Source of the DNA: Mnemiopsis leidyi
Lineage: Eukaryota
Assembly (NCBI GenBank): GCA_048537945.1
Contig: CM108484.1
Coordinates: 8,995,785 to 9,059,784, forward strand
Direction of reading: 5' to 3'
Length of the DNA stretch: 64,000 nt
Position 1 is the first letter of the stretch; every line of letters starts with the position of its first letter. The notes below the pieces were generated by a model. It did not search any database. It was given only the letters and a program-made list of their open reading frames with translations, and was not told the DNA's origin. Below are positions 11,690-24,359 of this stretch, one piece after another. Made by a program: the position numbers and the translations under genes.

Positions 11690-11920
11690 ACGTTGTTTAA
11701 ATTATTCTGTAAGAATCTGCGAATCAAAAATTATAAAATGTCAAATAAGACGTTTAGCTAAATGGTCCATTAGGTAAATAGTCCGAAAAGAGGACGATTT
11801 AGCTAAAAATGAAACTAGTAACATTTTAGCTATATGGTCCGATCCGGGGACTATTTAGCTAAAATATAATTTAGGTGAAAAGACCCTTTTAGCTAAATAG
11901 TCTGTTAGCTATAAAGTCCT
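11690..11920. repeat. Cluster of six or more short direct motifs TTAGCTAAAT(A/G)GTCC, subterminal-repeat-like, downstream of the transposase fragment
   Basis: Read directly: ttagctaaatggtcc, tttagctaaaaatg, ttagctatatggtcc, tttagctaaaatat, ttagctaaatagtct, ttagctataaagtcc. Confidence 0.5.
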
Positions 11921-12019
11921 GGAATTGTTCAAAAATTTTAGGTTAAACCTCGACACGGAATCATTTTTCCTCAATTTTTTAAAATTTTATAGAATAAACG
12001 AAAATTTTCTGTATTTCAA

Positions 12020-13345
12020 GAATAACTTGGAACACACTAAGAAAATCGTAAGGTCGGAAAACTTCCAAAAAGGCCTGGTACCATGGTCACTGGTCAGCGT
12101 ACATATTATGAGATATTTCCTTGTGTTTGAAGTTGTATCTCCGAAACTAACACATAGACCCCCAAATTTTTTTACTTTTTCTGATAGTTTAGATCAAAAG
12201 GAACATACTGTGAAATTTTAAAGAAAATCGCACGGTCGGAACACCTCCAAAAAGACCCGGTACCAAAATTTCGGCAAAAACCAACTCCGTGGTTATAATA
12301 ATATCGAGAAAACTAACACATAGACCTCAACTTTTTACGACGTAATCTTGTAGTTTGAATAGTAAGGAACATACTGTGAAGGTTTAAAGAGCAATCCTAT
12401 GGTCAGAACACCTCCAAAAAGGCCTGGTACCATGGTCGGCGTACATATTTTGAGATATTTCCTTGTGTTTGAAGTTGTATCTCCGAAACTAACACATAGA
12501 CCCCCAAATTTTTTTACTTTTTCTGATAGTCTAGATCAAAAGGAACATACTGTGAAATTTTAAAGAAAATCGTACGGTCGGAACACCTCCAAAAATGCCT
12601 AGTACCATGGTCAGCGTACATATTATGAGATATTTCCTTGTGTTTGAAGTTGTATCTCCGAAACTAACACATAGACCCCCAAATTTTTTTACTTTTTCTG
12701 ATAGTTTAGATCAAAAGGAACATACTGTGAAATTTTAAAGAAAATCGTACGGTCGGAACACCTCCAAAAATGCCTAGTACCATGATCAGCGTACATATTA
12801 TGAGATATTTCCTTGTGTTTGAAGTTGTATCTCCGAAACTAACAGATAGACCCCCAAGTTTTTTTACTTTTTCTGATAGTTTAGATCAAAAGGAACATAC
12901 TGTGAAATTTTAAAGAAAATCGTACGGTCGGAACACCTCCACAAATGCCTAGTACCATGATCAGCGTACATATTATGAGATATTTCCTTGTGTTTGAAGT
13001 TGTATCTCCGAAACTAACACATAGACCCCCAAATTTTTTTACTTTTTCTGATAGTTTAGATCAAAAGGAACATACTGTGAAATTTTAAAGAAAATCGTAC
13101 GGTCGGAACACCTCCAAAAATGCCTAGTACCATGATCAGCGTACATATTATGAGATATTTCCTTGTGTTTGAAGTTGTATCTCCGAAACTAACAGATAGA
13201 CCCCCAAATTTTTTACTTTTTCTGATAGTTTAGATCAAAAGGAACATACTGTGAAATTTTAAAGAAAATCGCACGGTCGGAACACCTCCAAAAAGACCCG
13301 GTACCAAAATTTCGGCAAATTGGTACCATGGTACCAGAAAGTCCA
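12020..13345. repeat. Satellite block 2: same ~180-bp satellite, about 7 copies, subfamily B (ggcctggtaccatggtcagcgtacatattatgag variant). It ends with a variant of the boundary motif.
   Basis: Periodicity e.g. 12421 to 12601. Consistent subfamily substitutions relative to block 1. Confidence 0.85.
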
Positions 13346-13469
13346 ACTCAGATGATTCCACAAAATTGTATATACTTCTGGTACCTCAGAGCGTCTCCCT
13401 GGAATTTCTTTCATTGATTATGATATAGGTACTTGGTGTATAAGCGGCAATTTCACAGATTAGCCATTA

Positions 13470-13990
13470 TCATACCCCAGACTCCTTAAATGAACGGAAT
13501 GAACGAAAATAAACAATTTTTTGAAGCTGCCCGAAATGTTCTGAAACCGATTGGAATGGGTTGGTGTCGATCTAACTAAGTAACAAGTTTCCCCACTAAG
13601 TTTTGAGGCCCGAGAACGTCTAGCATGGTCACAAGGGCCTGGTTCAAAAGTTGTCCCAATCAGTATCCTAGATTTTGGAACCAAGCTTGGACAGTGATTT
13701 GGGACCCTTAGACAGTGTTCCGTGGTGTTTACATACTATATTTGGATGAGGACCTGACGTTCGCGTGTGGTAGCCCGAAATGACGCCCAGAATCCCCAAA
13801 TGAACGTAATGAATTAAATAAAAAAGAGCAAGTTTTTAAAAGTTTCAGAAATGTCCCGAAACCGATTGAATTTGGTTAGTATCGCTCTAACAAGTACGTT
13901 GTCCTGTAAAACTTGGACGCCCGGGAACGTCTGGAACAGTCACAATGGCCTGGTTGCGAAATTGTCCCAAATTTTCTTGAGAGTTGTGAA
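13470..13990. repeat. Two diverged tandem copies (about 310-bp period) of a unit containing gaacgtctag/ggaacagtcacaa(g/t)ggcctggtt
   Basis: Segments 13470-13690 and 13780-13985 align at roughly 70 percent. Confidence 0.5.
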
Positions 13991-14693
13991 GATGTCTATA
14001 AAAATGTACAAATCATAGGCTTTTAGACGGGGAAACAGGAGCTGTAATAAACTGCCTACTAAATTGAATATTAAATGTTTCTGAGCGGATAAAAGTACGA
14101 TCAAACTTCTAGTGAAACTTTTTTCTCGCTTTTTTTGTCATTATGTGCCCTACTAGTTAGACTAGAATGTATCCTTACCTCAACCGACCCCCCCCCCCAG
14201 CTATTTATGGCCTGGTTTAAAAGCAATAGAACAGCAACCTAACTATGCCTTGGTAAGGCACCCTAAAAATTAAGCTAACAGCCGCAGTCCTAGCAATCAC
14301 ATTCTGTATCACAAAATGTAAATTTAAGTTTGGCTATGAGAATCGAAAATGCTATAAATTTCTTTGTGTTTCATGATAAAGGACCTAACCCTAATCAAAC
14401 CCATGTACCCTATCCCATTGTCAGAGGCACTTTATTAGACGTTAGCCACCATGGCGAACGTAACTTCATGCCACAGTATGACGTAAGTAAATTTGCTCAC
14501 AATGCAAAGTCGCATAAGACATCCTTGATCAGCGTAATATGTGTCACACTGTCGTACCATTGTACAATGTACACCAAGGATTTCGATGGGCAGACTAATG
14601 TTCATAACATTGTGCAATGATTATGCAACTGTTCAATGATTCATAGGAATCAAAATAAGGGTAGCTTTAAAATATATAGCTAATGGACGTCAA

Positions 14694-14827
14694 AATTCTT
14701 GGGGAGGAGTCGGAAATTTTTTATCACGTGTCAGTGTTTCTCGAAACTTATTGGTCGCATCATGTTTCTTATAGGCCAATCGCTGTCACATGAAAAAAAT
14801 CCGATGCGACTCCTCCCCAAGAATTCT
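14694..14827. repeat. Small inverted-repeat element (MITE-like): arms aattcttggggaggagtcg...cgactcctccccaagaattc around a ~95-bp core
   Basis: Arms are visible directly. A related copy lies at 36075-36150 (ggtcaatcgctgccacatgatacaaaaaatatgtgacccttcccaa). Confidence 0.55.
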
Positions 14828-15885
14828 GATGTCCTTTATCACTTATCAGAGCAAATCTTTCCGAAAATTTCATAAGTTCCAAAATGACATTTCAGACAAC
14901 TAAAAGATAATAAATTGCAAGGTCATGTGACATGGCTTCGCTTTAACCACCCTGTTCTAATTTTAGAACTTATGGCAGCTTCCCGGAGGAAGGTCGTGAC
15001 AGTCGACAGTGAGTTTTAAATTCGAGCACTTAACCTATCACAAAGCACAAAGCCGAAATAGTGTAATTAACTTACATCGGCTGTTTCATTACAATTACAC
15101 GTTTAAAATGTGACTTGTAAGAGTAGAAAACTTACCGTCTTTCCATCTCAGGTATGATAATGTGCTGACCGTTTATGTGATCTGAGGGGAGCGTCAGATC
15201 AGATATGAGGTGGTCCGAGAGTGACTGGTGAAAGCTTGACGCTCCTGTTACTTAGCAGGCTTCACCAGGAACATTGATTGACAATTTGAACGTGTACAAA
15301 TCTTGTAGTATGATGACATCTTAAATAGTTTTGAGATAAGTTTTACCACGGGGTGGTATTGTTCGGATATTTAGATAATAATGCTGGACTAAGTATAAGT
15401 CGGTAAAACAAAATGTCTGTATTTCTGTCTTGCCATACATAACTGTATACTTTTAAAGACTTACCTGTACAATGTGTGTACAATGCTTTGTATACCGAGA
15501 ACAGTGTACTGTGTATAATACACATAATATTGTTTAGTGTGAACAGTGTACATTGTACATTGTACTTATATGTACTATACACATTGAAGGTGACTTACCA
15601 GGCTGTTTGCTGTTTATAAAGTATACGAGTCTGTCTGTAAGCTCGTACTGCAGTGACAGTATCCTGTTTGCTGTCTGATAAAACCCACACTTCCTGGGGA
15701 TATCATTTCATGAGCTCAGCTTGGAATTTGAAACATTGTTCAGAATCTAGATCGATAGTCAACTCCGTTGTATACTTTAGTCAACGACATTTCTTCAACG
15801 TCTAGGAATGTTTGGTAAGTTCTCAGAAAAATGTTCCGAACTGTTAACGGGACAATGCTATTTTAGGATATTTTAAATATTTCAC

Positions 15886-17685
15886 GTTTGTGTAGAAGCT
15901 TACAACTACCTAACAGTTTGTGTAGCAGCTTACAACTACCTAACAGTTTGTGTAGCTTACAACTACCCAACAGTTTGTGTAGCAGCTTACAACTACCTAA
16001 CAGTTTGTGTAGCAGCTTACAACTACCTAACAGTCTGTGTAGCAGCTTACAACTACCTAACAGTTTGTGTAGCAGCTTACAACTACCTAACAGTTTGTGT
16101 AGCAGCTTACAACTACCTAACAGTTTGTGTAGCAGCTTACAACTACCTAACAGTTTGTGTAGCAGCTTACAACTATCTAACAGTTTGTGTAGCAGCTTAC
16201 AACTACCTAACAGTTTGTGTAGCAGCTTACAACTACCTAACAGTCTGTGTAGCAGCTTACAACTATCTAACAGTTTGTGTAGCAGCTTACAACTACCTAA
16301 CAGTTTGTGTAGCAGCTTACAACTACCTAACAGTTTGTGTAGAAGCTTACAACAACTTAAAAGTTTGTGTAGCAGCTTACAAATACCTAACAGTTTGTGT
16401 AGCAGCTTACAACTACCTAACAGTTTGTGTAGCAGCTTACAACTACCTAACAGTTTGTGTAGCAGCTTACAACTACCTAACAGTTTGTGTAGCAGCTTAC
16501 AACCACCAAACAGTTTGTGTAGCAGCTTACAACTACCTAACAGTTTGTGTAGCAGCTTACAACTACCTAACAGTTTGTGTAGCAGCTTACAACTACCTAA
16601 CAGTTTGTGTAGCAGCTTACAACTACCTAACAGTTTGTGTAGCAGCTTACAACTACCTAACAGTTTGTGTAGCAGCTTACAACTACCTGACAGTTTGTGT
16701 AGCAGCTTACAACTACCTGACAGTTTGTGTAGCAGCTTACAACTACCTAACAGTTTGTGTAGCAGCTTACAACTACCTAACAGTTTGTGTAGCAGCTTAC
16801 AACTACCTAACAGTTTGTGTAGCAGCTTACAACTACCTAACAGTTTGTGTAGCAGCTTACAACTACCTAACAGTTTGTGTAGCAGCTTACAACTAGCTAA
16901 CAGTTTGTGTAGCAGCTTACAACTACCTAACAGTTTGTGTAGCAGCTTACAACTACCTAACAGTTTGTGTAGCAGCTTACAACTACCTAACAGTTTGTGT
17001 AGCAGCTAACAACTACCTAACAGTTTGTGTAGCAGCTTACAACTACCTAACAGTTTGTGTAGCAGCTTACAACTACCTAACAGTTTGTGTAGTAGCTTAC
17101 AACTACCTAACAGTTTGTGTAGCAGCTTACAACTACCTAACAGTCTGTGTAGCAGCTTACAACTACCTAACAGTTTGTGTAGCAGCTTACAACTACCTAA
17201 CAGTTTGTGTAGCAGCTTACAACTACCTAACAGTTTGTGTAGCAGCTTACAACTACCTAACAGTTTGTGTAGCAGCTTACAACTACCTAACAGTTTGTGT
17301 AGCAGCTTACAACTACCTAACAGTTTGTGTAGCAGCTTACAACTATCTAACAGTTTGTGTAGCAGCTTACAACTACCTAACAGTTTGTGTAGCAGCTTAC
17401 AACTACCTAACAGTTTGTGTAGCAGCTTACAACTACCTAACAGTTTGTGTAGCAGCTTACAACTACCTAACAGTTTGTGTAGCAGCTTACAACTACCTAA
17501 CAGTTTGTGTAGCAGCTTACAACTACCTAACAGTTTGTGTAGCAGCTTACAACTACCTAACAGTTTGTGTAGCAGCTTACAGCTACCTAACAGTTTGTGT
17601 AGCAGCTTACAACTACCTAACAGTTTGTGTAGCAGCTTACAACTACCTAACAGTTTGTGTAGCAGATTACAACTACCTAACAGTT
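15886..17685. repeat. Minisatellite, 30-bp unit cagtttgtgtagcagcttacaactacctaa in about 60 highly homogeneous copies (1.8 kb)
   Basis: Direct tandem periodicity. The large ORFs on both strands (15888-17009, 17006-17725, 17025-17711) translate to a 10-aa periodic peptide and are artefacts. Confidence 0.95.
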
Positions 17686-19542
17686 GCAAGACTCCGGGAG
17701 CGGATGTGTAGGTTTGTGCCTGCATATATGTCGAAAGAGCTCATATAAGACATGAATTAGCCGAGTATTTCATTTAAGTGACATCAGTAATTCCCTTAAT
17801 TCATGGCCATCATTTGATAGGGAAGATAAAATTGTAATGTATATAAGTACATGCAGTTTACACCGCACACATACAGCATATTCACATTCGAATTTACTTC
17901 GCCTTAAACTTTAGGCTATAGTTACAGTTTACAGTTACAAATCAAAATGGAAACAGCGAAGCTGTTTTGCTGGAATTGCTATCCGTTCTAATTACGATGA
18001 ATTAAATCACAATTACACTCACAATTACAATTACACTCACAATTGCACTCACAGGAAATATTTCGAAAAGTATTATGACCAAGTGTGTCCATCAACAGGA
18101 TGGCAGGTGAAGAAAAATATTCCACATTGCCGGAGTGTGCACGTGCTAATGACGTCAATGCGATGCGGATAGTCTGTACTTACACAGGTCAAACATACTG
18201 ATGTAGACCACACAGTGCTTGTAGCTTACATCCTACTCGCTAACTCCATATTGACAGTTGGAGTTCACAGTCAAGTCTTTAGAAAAAATTCGCGTCGTAT
18301 TCTAATGGCGAATATGCAGAAAATATATGAAATTTGAGGACAAAATCTGAACGAATTTTGCGAATCACTGTCTTTGCAGCAAGTACAAACGGTCATATCT
18401 TCAGATACCAAGCATTCAGTAAGTTCACAAAAATGCGAGCCAATCAATAAGAAAGGTTTTAAGAATAGCGTTGCGCAAATAACAAAAGTAGGATTAATTT
18501 GGTTCACGATTGAGGGGGCCGGATTTATCTATGTAAAAATTAAGATTTTGACACTTAAAACATAAAACTAAAAGCAAGAATGTAATTTTATCAAATAATT
18601 TTTAATGTATATTGAAGATCTGCACGCTAATGCATGATGAAGAGGTAAGTGCATGCTTACCTGGCAACGTCATAAGGCGTGTGGTTATCCTTGTTTATAC
18701 GGTTAGGATTAGCACCATAGATAGAAAGCAGTTCGTATTGCAGTAGCTGATCGTGAGCTAGGAATTGGCAAATATTAGACAAGCTTCCGATTTTCCAAAC
18801 ATCTTTGTTTCATTATCAATCCCCTATATAGTCTACTGAGCAGTATGAGGAACTTAAAAACAAATTTATAGTACTAGTACAGGAATAGCTTGTTAGTAAA
18901 GATGGCGGGAACCTGCTGCAAGGTGTAATGGTGTGCTCTGGTCACTGTTACTGCAGTTCACATCAGCTCCCATAACCAACAGTCTCAGTGTAGTCTCAGC
19001 TGAACTTTGTGTTACTGACAGTAGCAGTTGCTGAGAATAGAAAGTACATAACAATATAAGTAACAATATAAGAACTTAACAACATAACATAAGAACTTAA
19101 TTCACAATTAAGACAGACTGAGCAGTTGAGTTGATTGAAACAACGTGTTGAGGAGTTGAAACGTTTTCAAATATCAATCATCAGTAACATCCTTAAATAT
19201 CAACGGTTAAGATCATGATAAAGTGAGCTTAAACAATAGACTAAAAGGATAAAAGGGGGAGTTAAACTGAAAATGCCCAAAACTAGCAAATTCACAAAAG
19301 GCCTAAGCACTCGGGTATGGAGAGTATACTAGTCCCAACATACGGGGGAGAGAGGAAACTAAACAAAAAACTAAGAAAAGCGTTGCGCCCCAAGACAGCA
19401 GGTCCATCAAGTATTGTCCAGTAGAGGAATACCAAACGGATCCACTGTGTTGAGGCCCAACGGTTGTAGAGTTTTATACCTCTGAATAAACCGGTGTTCG
19501 TCTATTTCAAGGGTTTTTGGGCTGCTATTGCAAAAACAAGTA

Positions 19543-20152
19543 CAGTAAACCCTCGATTTACCGGGCATCTCGGAGGAAAGGGTTAAGGCCCGGTAAATAG
19601 AGGGGCCCGGTAAATAGAATTTGATCAAAATTTGGCCTAATTTTAGCCAAAAATAGTAACTTAAGTTATTGATAGCTATATGTAAACGTCATCCTGATCG
19701 AATTTCTTGATAAAAGTACTCCTTGAGGGATTTAGAACTGTGAGAATGGATCCAACGTTCTCAATTACATCTTTAATTAGTAATCTCAAGATCGATCGTT
19801 TTATTGTGTATGTATGCCGTGGTTACGTCACATATATCAACATGAGCTGTCAGCTTGCATGTTAAGGCTCTGTCACGGTGTCACATGGCGAAGAGATACC
19901 AATACCAAAATGTCACCTGTGCCGGTGCCTGCTATTGAAGCTCATATCCCATGGCCTTGTCTGAATCGATCTACGTATCATGCCATCGGCGTATGCGAGT
20001 GTCATGCTAATATACGATCGTGTGCTGGACTAGTGAAAAAAAGACGGGACAATTTTTGTGTGAATAGATTGAACAATTTCGGGGAAAAGGAAGGAGGCCC
20101 GGTAAATAGAGGGACCCGGTAAATAGAGGCCCGGTAAATCGAGGGTTTACTG
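19543..20152. mobile_element. Non-autonomous Tc1/mariner-type element (MITE, 610 bp) with 26-bp terminal inverted repeats (TIRs) CAGTAAACCCTCGATTTACCGGGC, flanked by TA target-site duplications
   Basis: The left end is TA|CAGTAAACCC.... The right end is ...GGGTTTACTG|TA. Subterminal CCCGGTAAATAGAGG repeats are present at both ends. There is no transposase ORF. Confidence 0.7.
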
Positions 20153-22226
20153 TATTTTGAAACATTGATTAAAATCTTCCCGACTTTCCATATTATGGCT
20201 CATTATAAGTACCATTGGACGAAATGTTCGCCGAAAATTTGCAAGCCTTACCTTTTTGCAATTGCACATTATAATGGTTTCACTTCTCATTTTAGTGCGT
20301 CTGACTATATGATATTATTATATGATCAGCGGATAATTTTGTTGATGAATTAGAATATAATGAACTATTTAAAGTTGTAAATATTACATTATTAAGAGAG
20401 TCGACATTTACTTCATCCATCTTCTGACAGAATCGTCCATCCTTGTATTTTGCCAGAATGAAACTCTCTTTGGTTGGCCTGGAAATCATAGCAGTTAGAT
20501 CAAAATATTTCTAAAGATTAAAAAAGTTAATGCCAAATTCTCGATCTTGGCCTATTTCTTCTAACCTTATCATTTTGAAACCTAATGATTATGCTTATCA
20601 TGCCTTTTCAGTATCATTGACATACCTTAGCTTATCAGTTGGGCTAGGTTTTGGTGGATAAGATGAACTTTTAGAGCTTGTGTTATACAGCTCATGTTCC
20701 CAGATGTTATTTGCTCCGTTTTGCACGAGATTGTGCAACATCTGAAATAAAATGAACTCTTTTCGCCACAGTTTCTCACAAAAAGACGTATCAACCAATG
20801 AAACACATTTAACGTTGATAGCAAAATGCATTTTAATCAGTATCATACTTGGAGACGAGGTGGGGCCCAATTCCCATGCTGGAGAGATGCGATTTCTGAG
20901 ATGTGACGTCCTAAAGTACGGTGTATCTGACAACAATCACCACACAACAACACACCTCTGTTTACACTTGCCCATGTTGGATCTGGCAAGAAATAAATAT
21001 GTTTTATTTATCAAAATCAGTAAAAAACGCTAAGAATCATGAAATCATTTTATTCAGCACATATTCCTTAGTCATTCCTTAGTGTTAGTGTACAAACACG
21101 ATTTAATCTTAAAATGATGCTCGAATAATAATAAGAAGGTGAAATCTCTTACCAGGAGCATTGCAATCAGAGCATTTCACATGTTTAAATGCAGTAGCAA
21201 CATATGTTTGCTGCTTGAATGGCATAGCACTTCACCATAAATTCCAAACCTAGAGAATGTATCTGGAATTGTGGCTGAATAAAAATTAAAAGGGTTGAAA
21301 GAAAAAAGATCTGGAACTTCAGATGAGCGGTAATTGTTTTCATTTGTGTCCCATATCCACAAAGTTGGCTTACCAAATAGATAACTGGGGGAAATTCAGG
21401 AAAAATGAGGAAATTTTTGCATCTGAGAGGAAATTTTTTGGTTTGAACTTCCAGAGACGGACTGACAATTGCAGTCAATTAATTTTTTTTAATTTCTTCT
21501 CAAGTTTAAAACTTTTTAAGATATTTTGTGTTTTATTTAAAATAAAGTTCATATTTTATTGACTTTTCATTTGAAGGGAAGAAATCATTGAAATGTTTTA
21601 AATGTTTTTAATGGTCAATGGTAAGAAGAAATTTGATCATTACCATCAAAATTTGATCATAATTTTAGATATTTGACCACATTCATGTTGCTTTTTTGAA
21701 GTGGTCATGGTCCCAATGTTTTATAATTTGACCTAGGCCGAATGGTCAAAAAATCATGGTCATTTTAGCCCCCCCCCCCGGCCCCCCTAATCTCTATCCC
21801 CAAAATTGAAAGTTGAATTTTCATTATCATTAATACACATGATTTCATTTTCTCTTCAAACTAATTATCTACATTTTAATATTCCAATAGAACTATTAAT
21901 TGTTAAGATCAAATCCATAATATTTTCAACACTACTATTATACAAATAATTTGAGTGTGAACATGGTCATTGATAAAATGATTGAAATATTATGGTAATC
22001 TCGCCTTTCACTAGCTACAAGATGTATGTGACAACTCTATAAGTCCTATTAATCATAAAAAAATCCATGAGTGATCAAAATTGTTATTCTCATTAGTCAG
22101 CAGAGGTGGTAATAGACTCTGTTGTCAGATCGTTTGTGACCCTGGACCCCCATTGGGGCACTACCCCATGGACTACAAATCTATGTGAGTAGTTCATTTG
22201 CTAGTTATTGTAATTTTTTCCCATCA

Positions 22227-22261
22227 AATGCCTTTTTGCGCCGAAGGCGCAAAAAGGCATT
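22227..22261. repeat. Perfect 35-bp palindrome aatgcctttttgcgcc-gaa-ggcgcaaaaaggcatt (16-bp stem, 3-nt loop)
   Basis: Checked base by base. Confidence 0.9.
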
Positions 22262-24359
22262 ACTAAGGGTTAACGATCGAGGGGGTGGTTGGAAAATGTG
22301 TATACTAGGTTTATGTCGTGTGTGTGTTACGTTCGTGCCCACGCTCCTTTATCAAACTTAATCATGTATACGAATACAATAATAGCTGTGTTACCAGACT
22401 TAACTGCTTCCGGCCGACGAATTATGCAATGTATACATGATTGCCTCAATTATGTGTTCTAATCATGCAACAATCGCAACAAGATGTACCATCAATCAAG
22501 AGATACGATCAAAATTCTTTTAAACTGAAGTTTTATTGAGTAATTTGTCTTGAATGACAGATTACCTAGATTGAAAGATGAATGTAACACGATTTTAAAC
22601 GTTCAGCCAGACAATTTTAATTAACGACTTATCCACACCATTTGTAAAAACACATGAACGTTGTACAAATAAAGGTCGCATATACAATACAATAATGGCG
22701 ACGTTATGCAGAATCAAGATATTTGAAACAAACAATGAAAGAAACGCGCTATTGTGTTCAAACTTTGCGCGTGCAGCGTGCAGTTTTCAAATCTTGCATC
22801 GAACCGCTACATTAATTCGCGCGTTTAACACGTGCAGAACAATGAAATTGACCGAAATGACGTCTGGTTATTTATTCCTCATTCCGTGAATTGTAATAAC
22901 AATAGGCGATGGCATGACACGGGAAATTCAGCGGTCGCCTGACACAATGAAAGCGGCCGCAAGTCTTGTTATCTTTATCCTCAGTTTTTAGGACCAGAAA
23001 CTGTCTAGAAACCCTTAAATTGCAAAAACTCGAGCACCGCCAACTGATCTGCCGCCGCATGCTGCCTCAGCGAGTAAGACTGGATATTGATTCTGGATTG
23101 GTAAATATGTGTGTTGGAGCAGTACAGTTCACAGTTTTACTACAAATATCCACAAGCATCGCACATACCTATTTTCAATAATAACCACAGACGAGTGTCT
23201 GTGTTGATGTTTACAGGTAATGGGAGCTAATTAATAAGACGGACAACAAAAAAGGCAAAAGATGACACCGGAGACTATAATCTTCTCATTCCTAGGCGCT
23301 GAGCCACTCGACAGTGCGTGGCCTGTGCCTGTGCACGCACAGCCATGGTCACCCCGTACTCGGGTTGCGCGTCAGCGAATGTGGGGTTGGACACATTCAT
23401 TAGAGCTTAGACCAGCTCTTCGTCACAACATACATACATACATACAAGGACGCAAAAATTGCACGTGCCAAAACAGGTCAAATGTTTTAAAACTTTGAAG
23501 TGTTGTAACTCCTGTTCCTTATGTTTGTTGTACTTCTAAGTTATCTTGCCAGGTTCACGAATTAGTGCCAGCAGAAAAATAGGAAAGATTCTGCATGCAC
23601 GTGCCTTCAATGTTTTGCATGGTTAAATTGTGATGGCTGATTCGACATAACTTCGTTTAGATAAAAAATCTAAAGATTGAATGACGGCAATTTGCCATTT
23701 AGCATTCTAGCATTTCATGTTTTGCAGAAATCGGCATTGCAAACACCGATATTATCACTCGCATGGTATTTCGCCAGTACCCGCCCGTGCCAAGTCCAGT
23801 CACTCACGAGCCGCCTCTGCTAATTTGTTTTGTTTCTTCAGTGGTACTAGTCGACATGACATCGAAAGGTATTTCCTAAGAACATAGTCTACGGGTAAGT
23901 TTGCATTAATCATGATTCAGCATTAATCAAAATGCTACAATGAACCCGTGGTAAGGCCATGAAGGCGAAATTTTTCGGAAGGTTAAAGGGTAAAAGGGTA
24001 AAAACAAAATAATAAAATACTTAACGTTGTCAAATAAGTTAATACTGCGTTAACAGTTAAAAAATAAAACATGCATTGTGAAATGAGGAAAACTATTAAC
24101 ATATTGATATAATATTACAATAGAAAATACATTATGAATGAGCCATTAAACAAATCTGAGGTAACTGGTTCACCTATATAATGAAATACATTACTGTTTT
24201 TTAATGGAATTTATTTAGTGGCACGTTTTGAAAATATTAAGCAACAACGAATACCTTTAAAACTCTGGCCAAATCGAAATCGCTATAAAATTAAACTATC
24301 AGAGCTTTGTCCGTTTAACAAAACTGATGGCCGCGACAGTAATGAGTATAAGTAAATTA

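Noticed and set aside
15888-17725. Large ORFs on both strands (373, 239 and 228 aa) with 10-aa periodic, leucine-rich translation
   Set aside because: They coincide exactly with a 30-bp (10-codon) minisatellite. Every frame is open because the unit lacks stops, so the ORFs are repeat artefacts and not genes.
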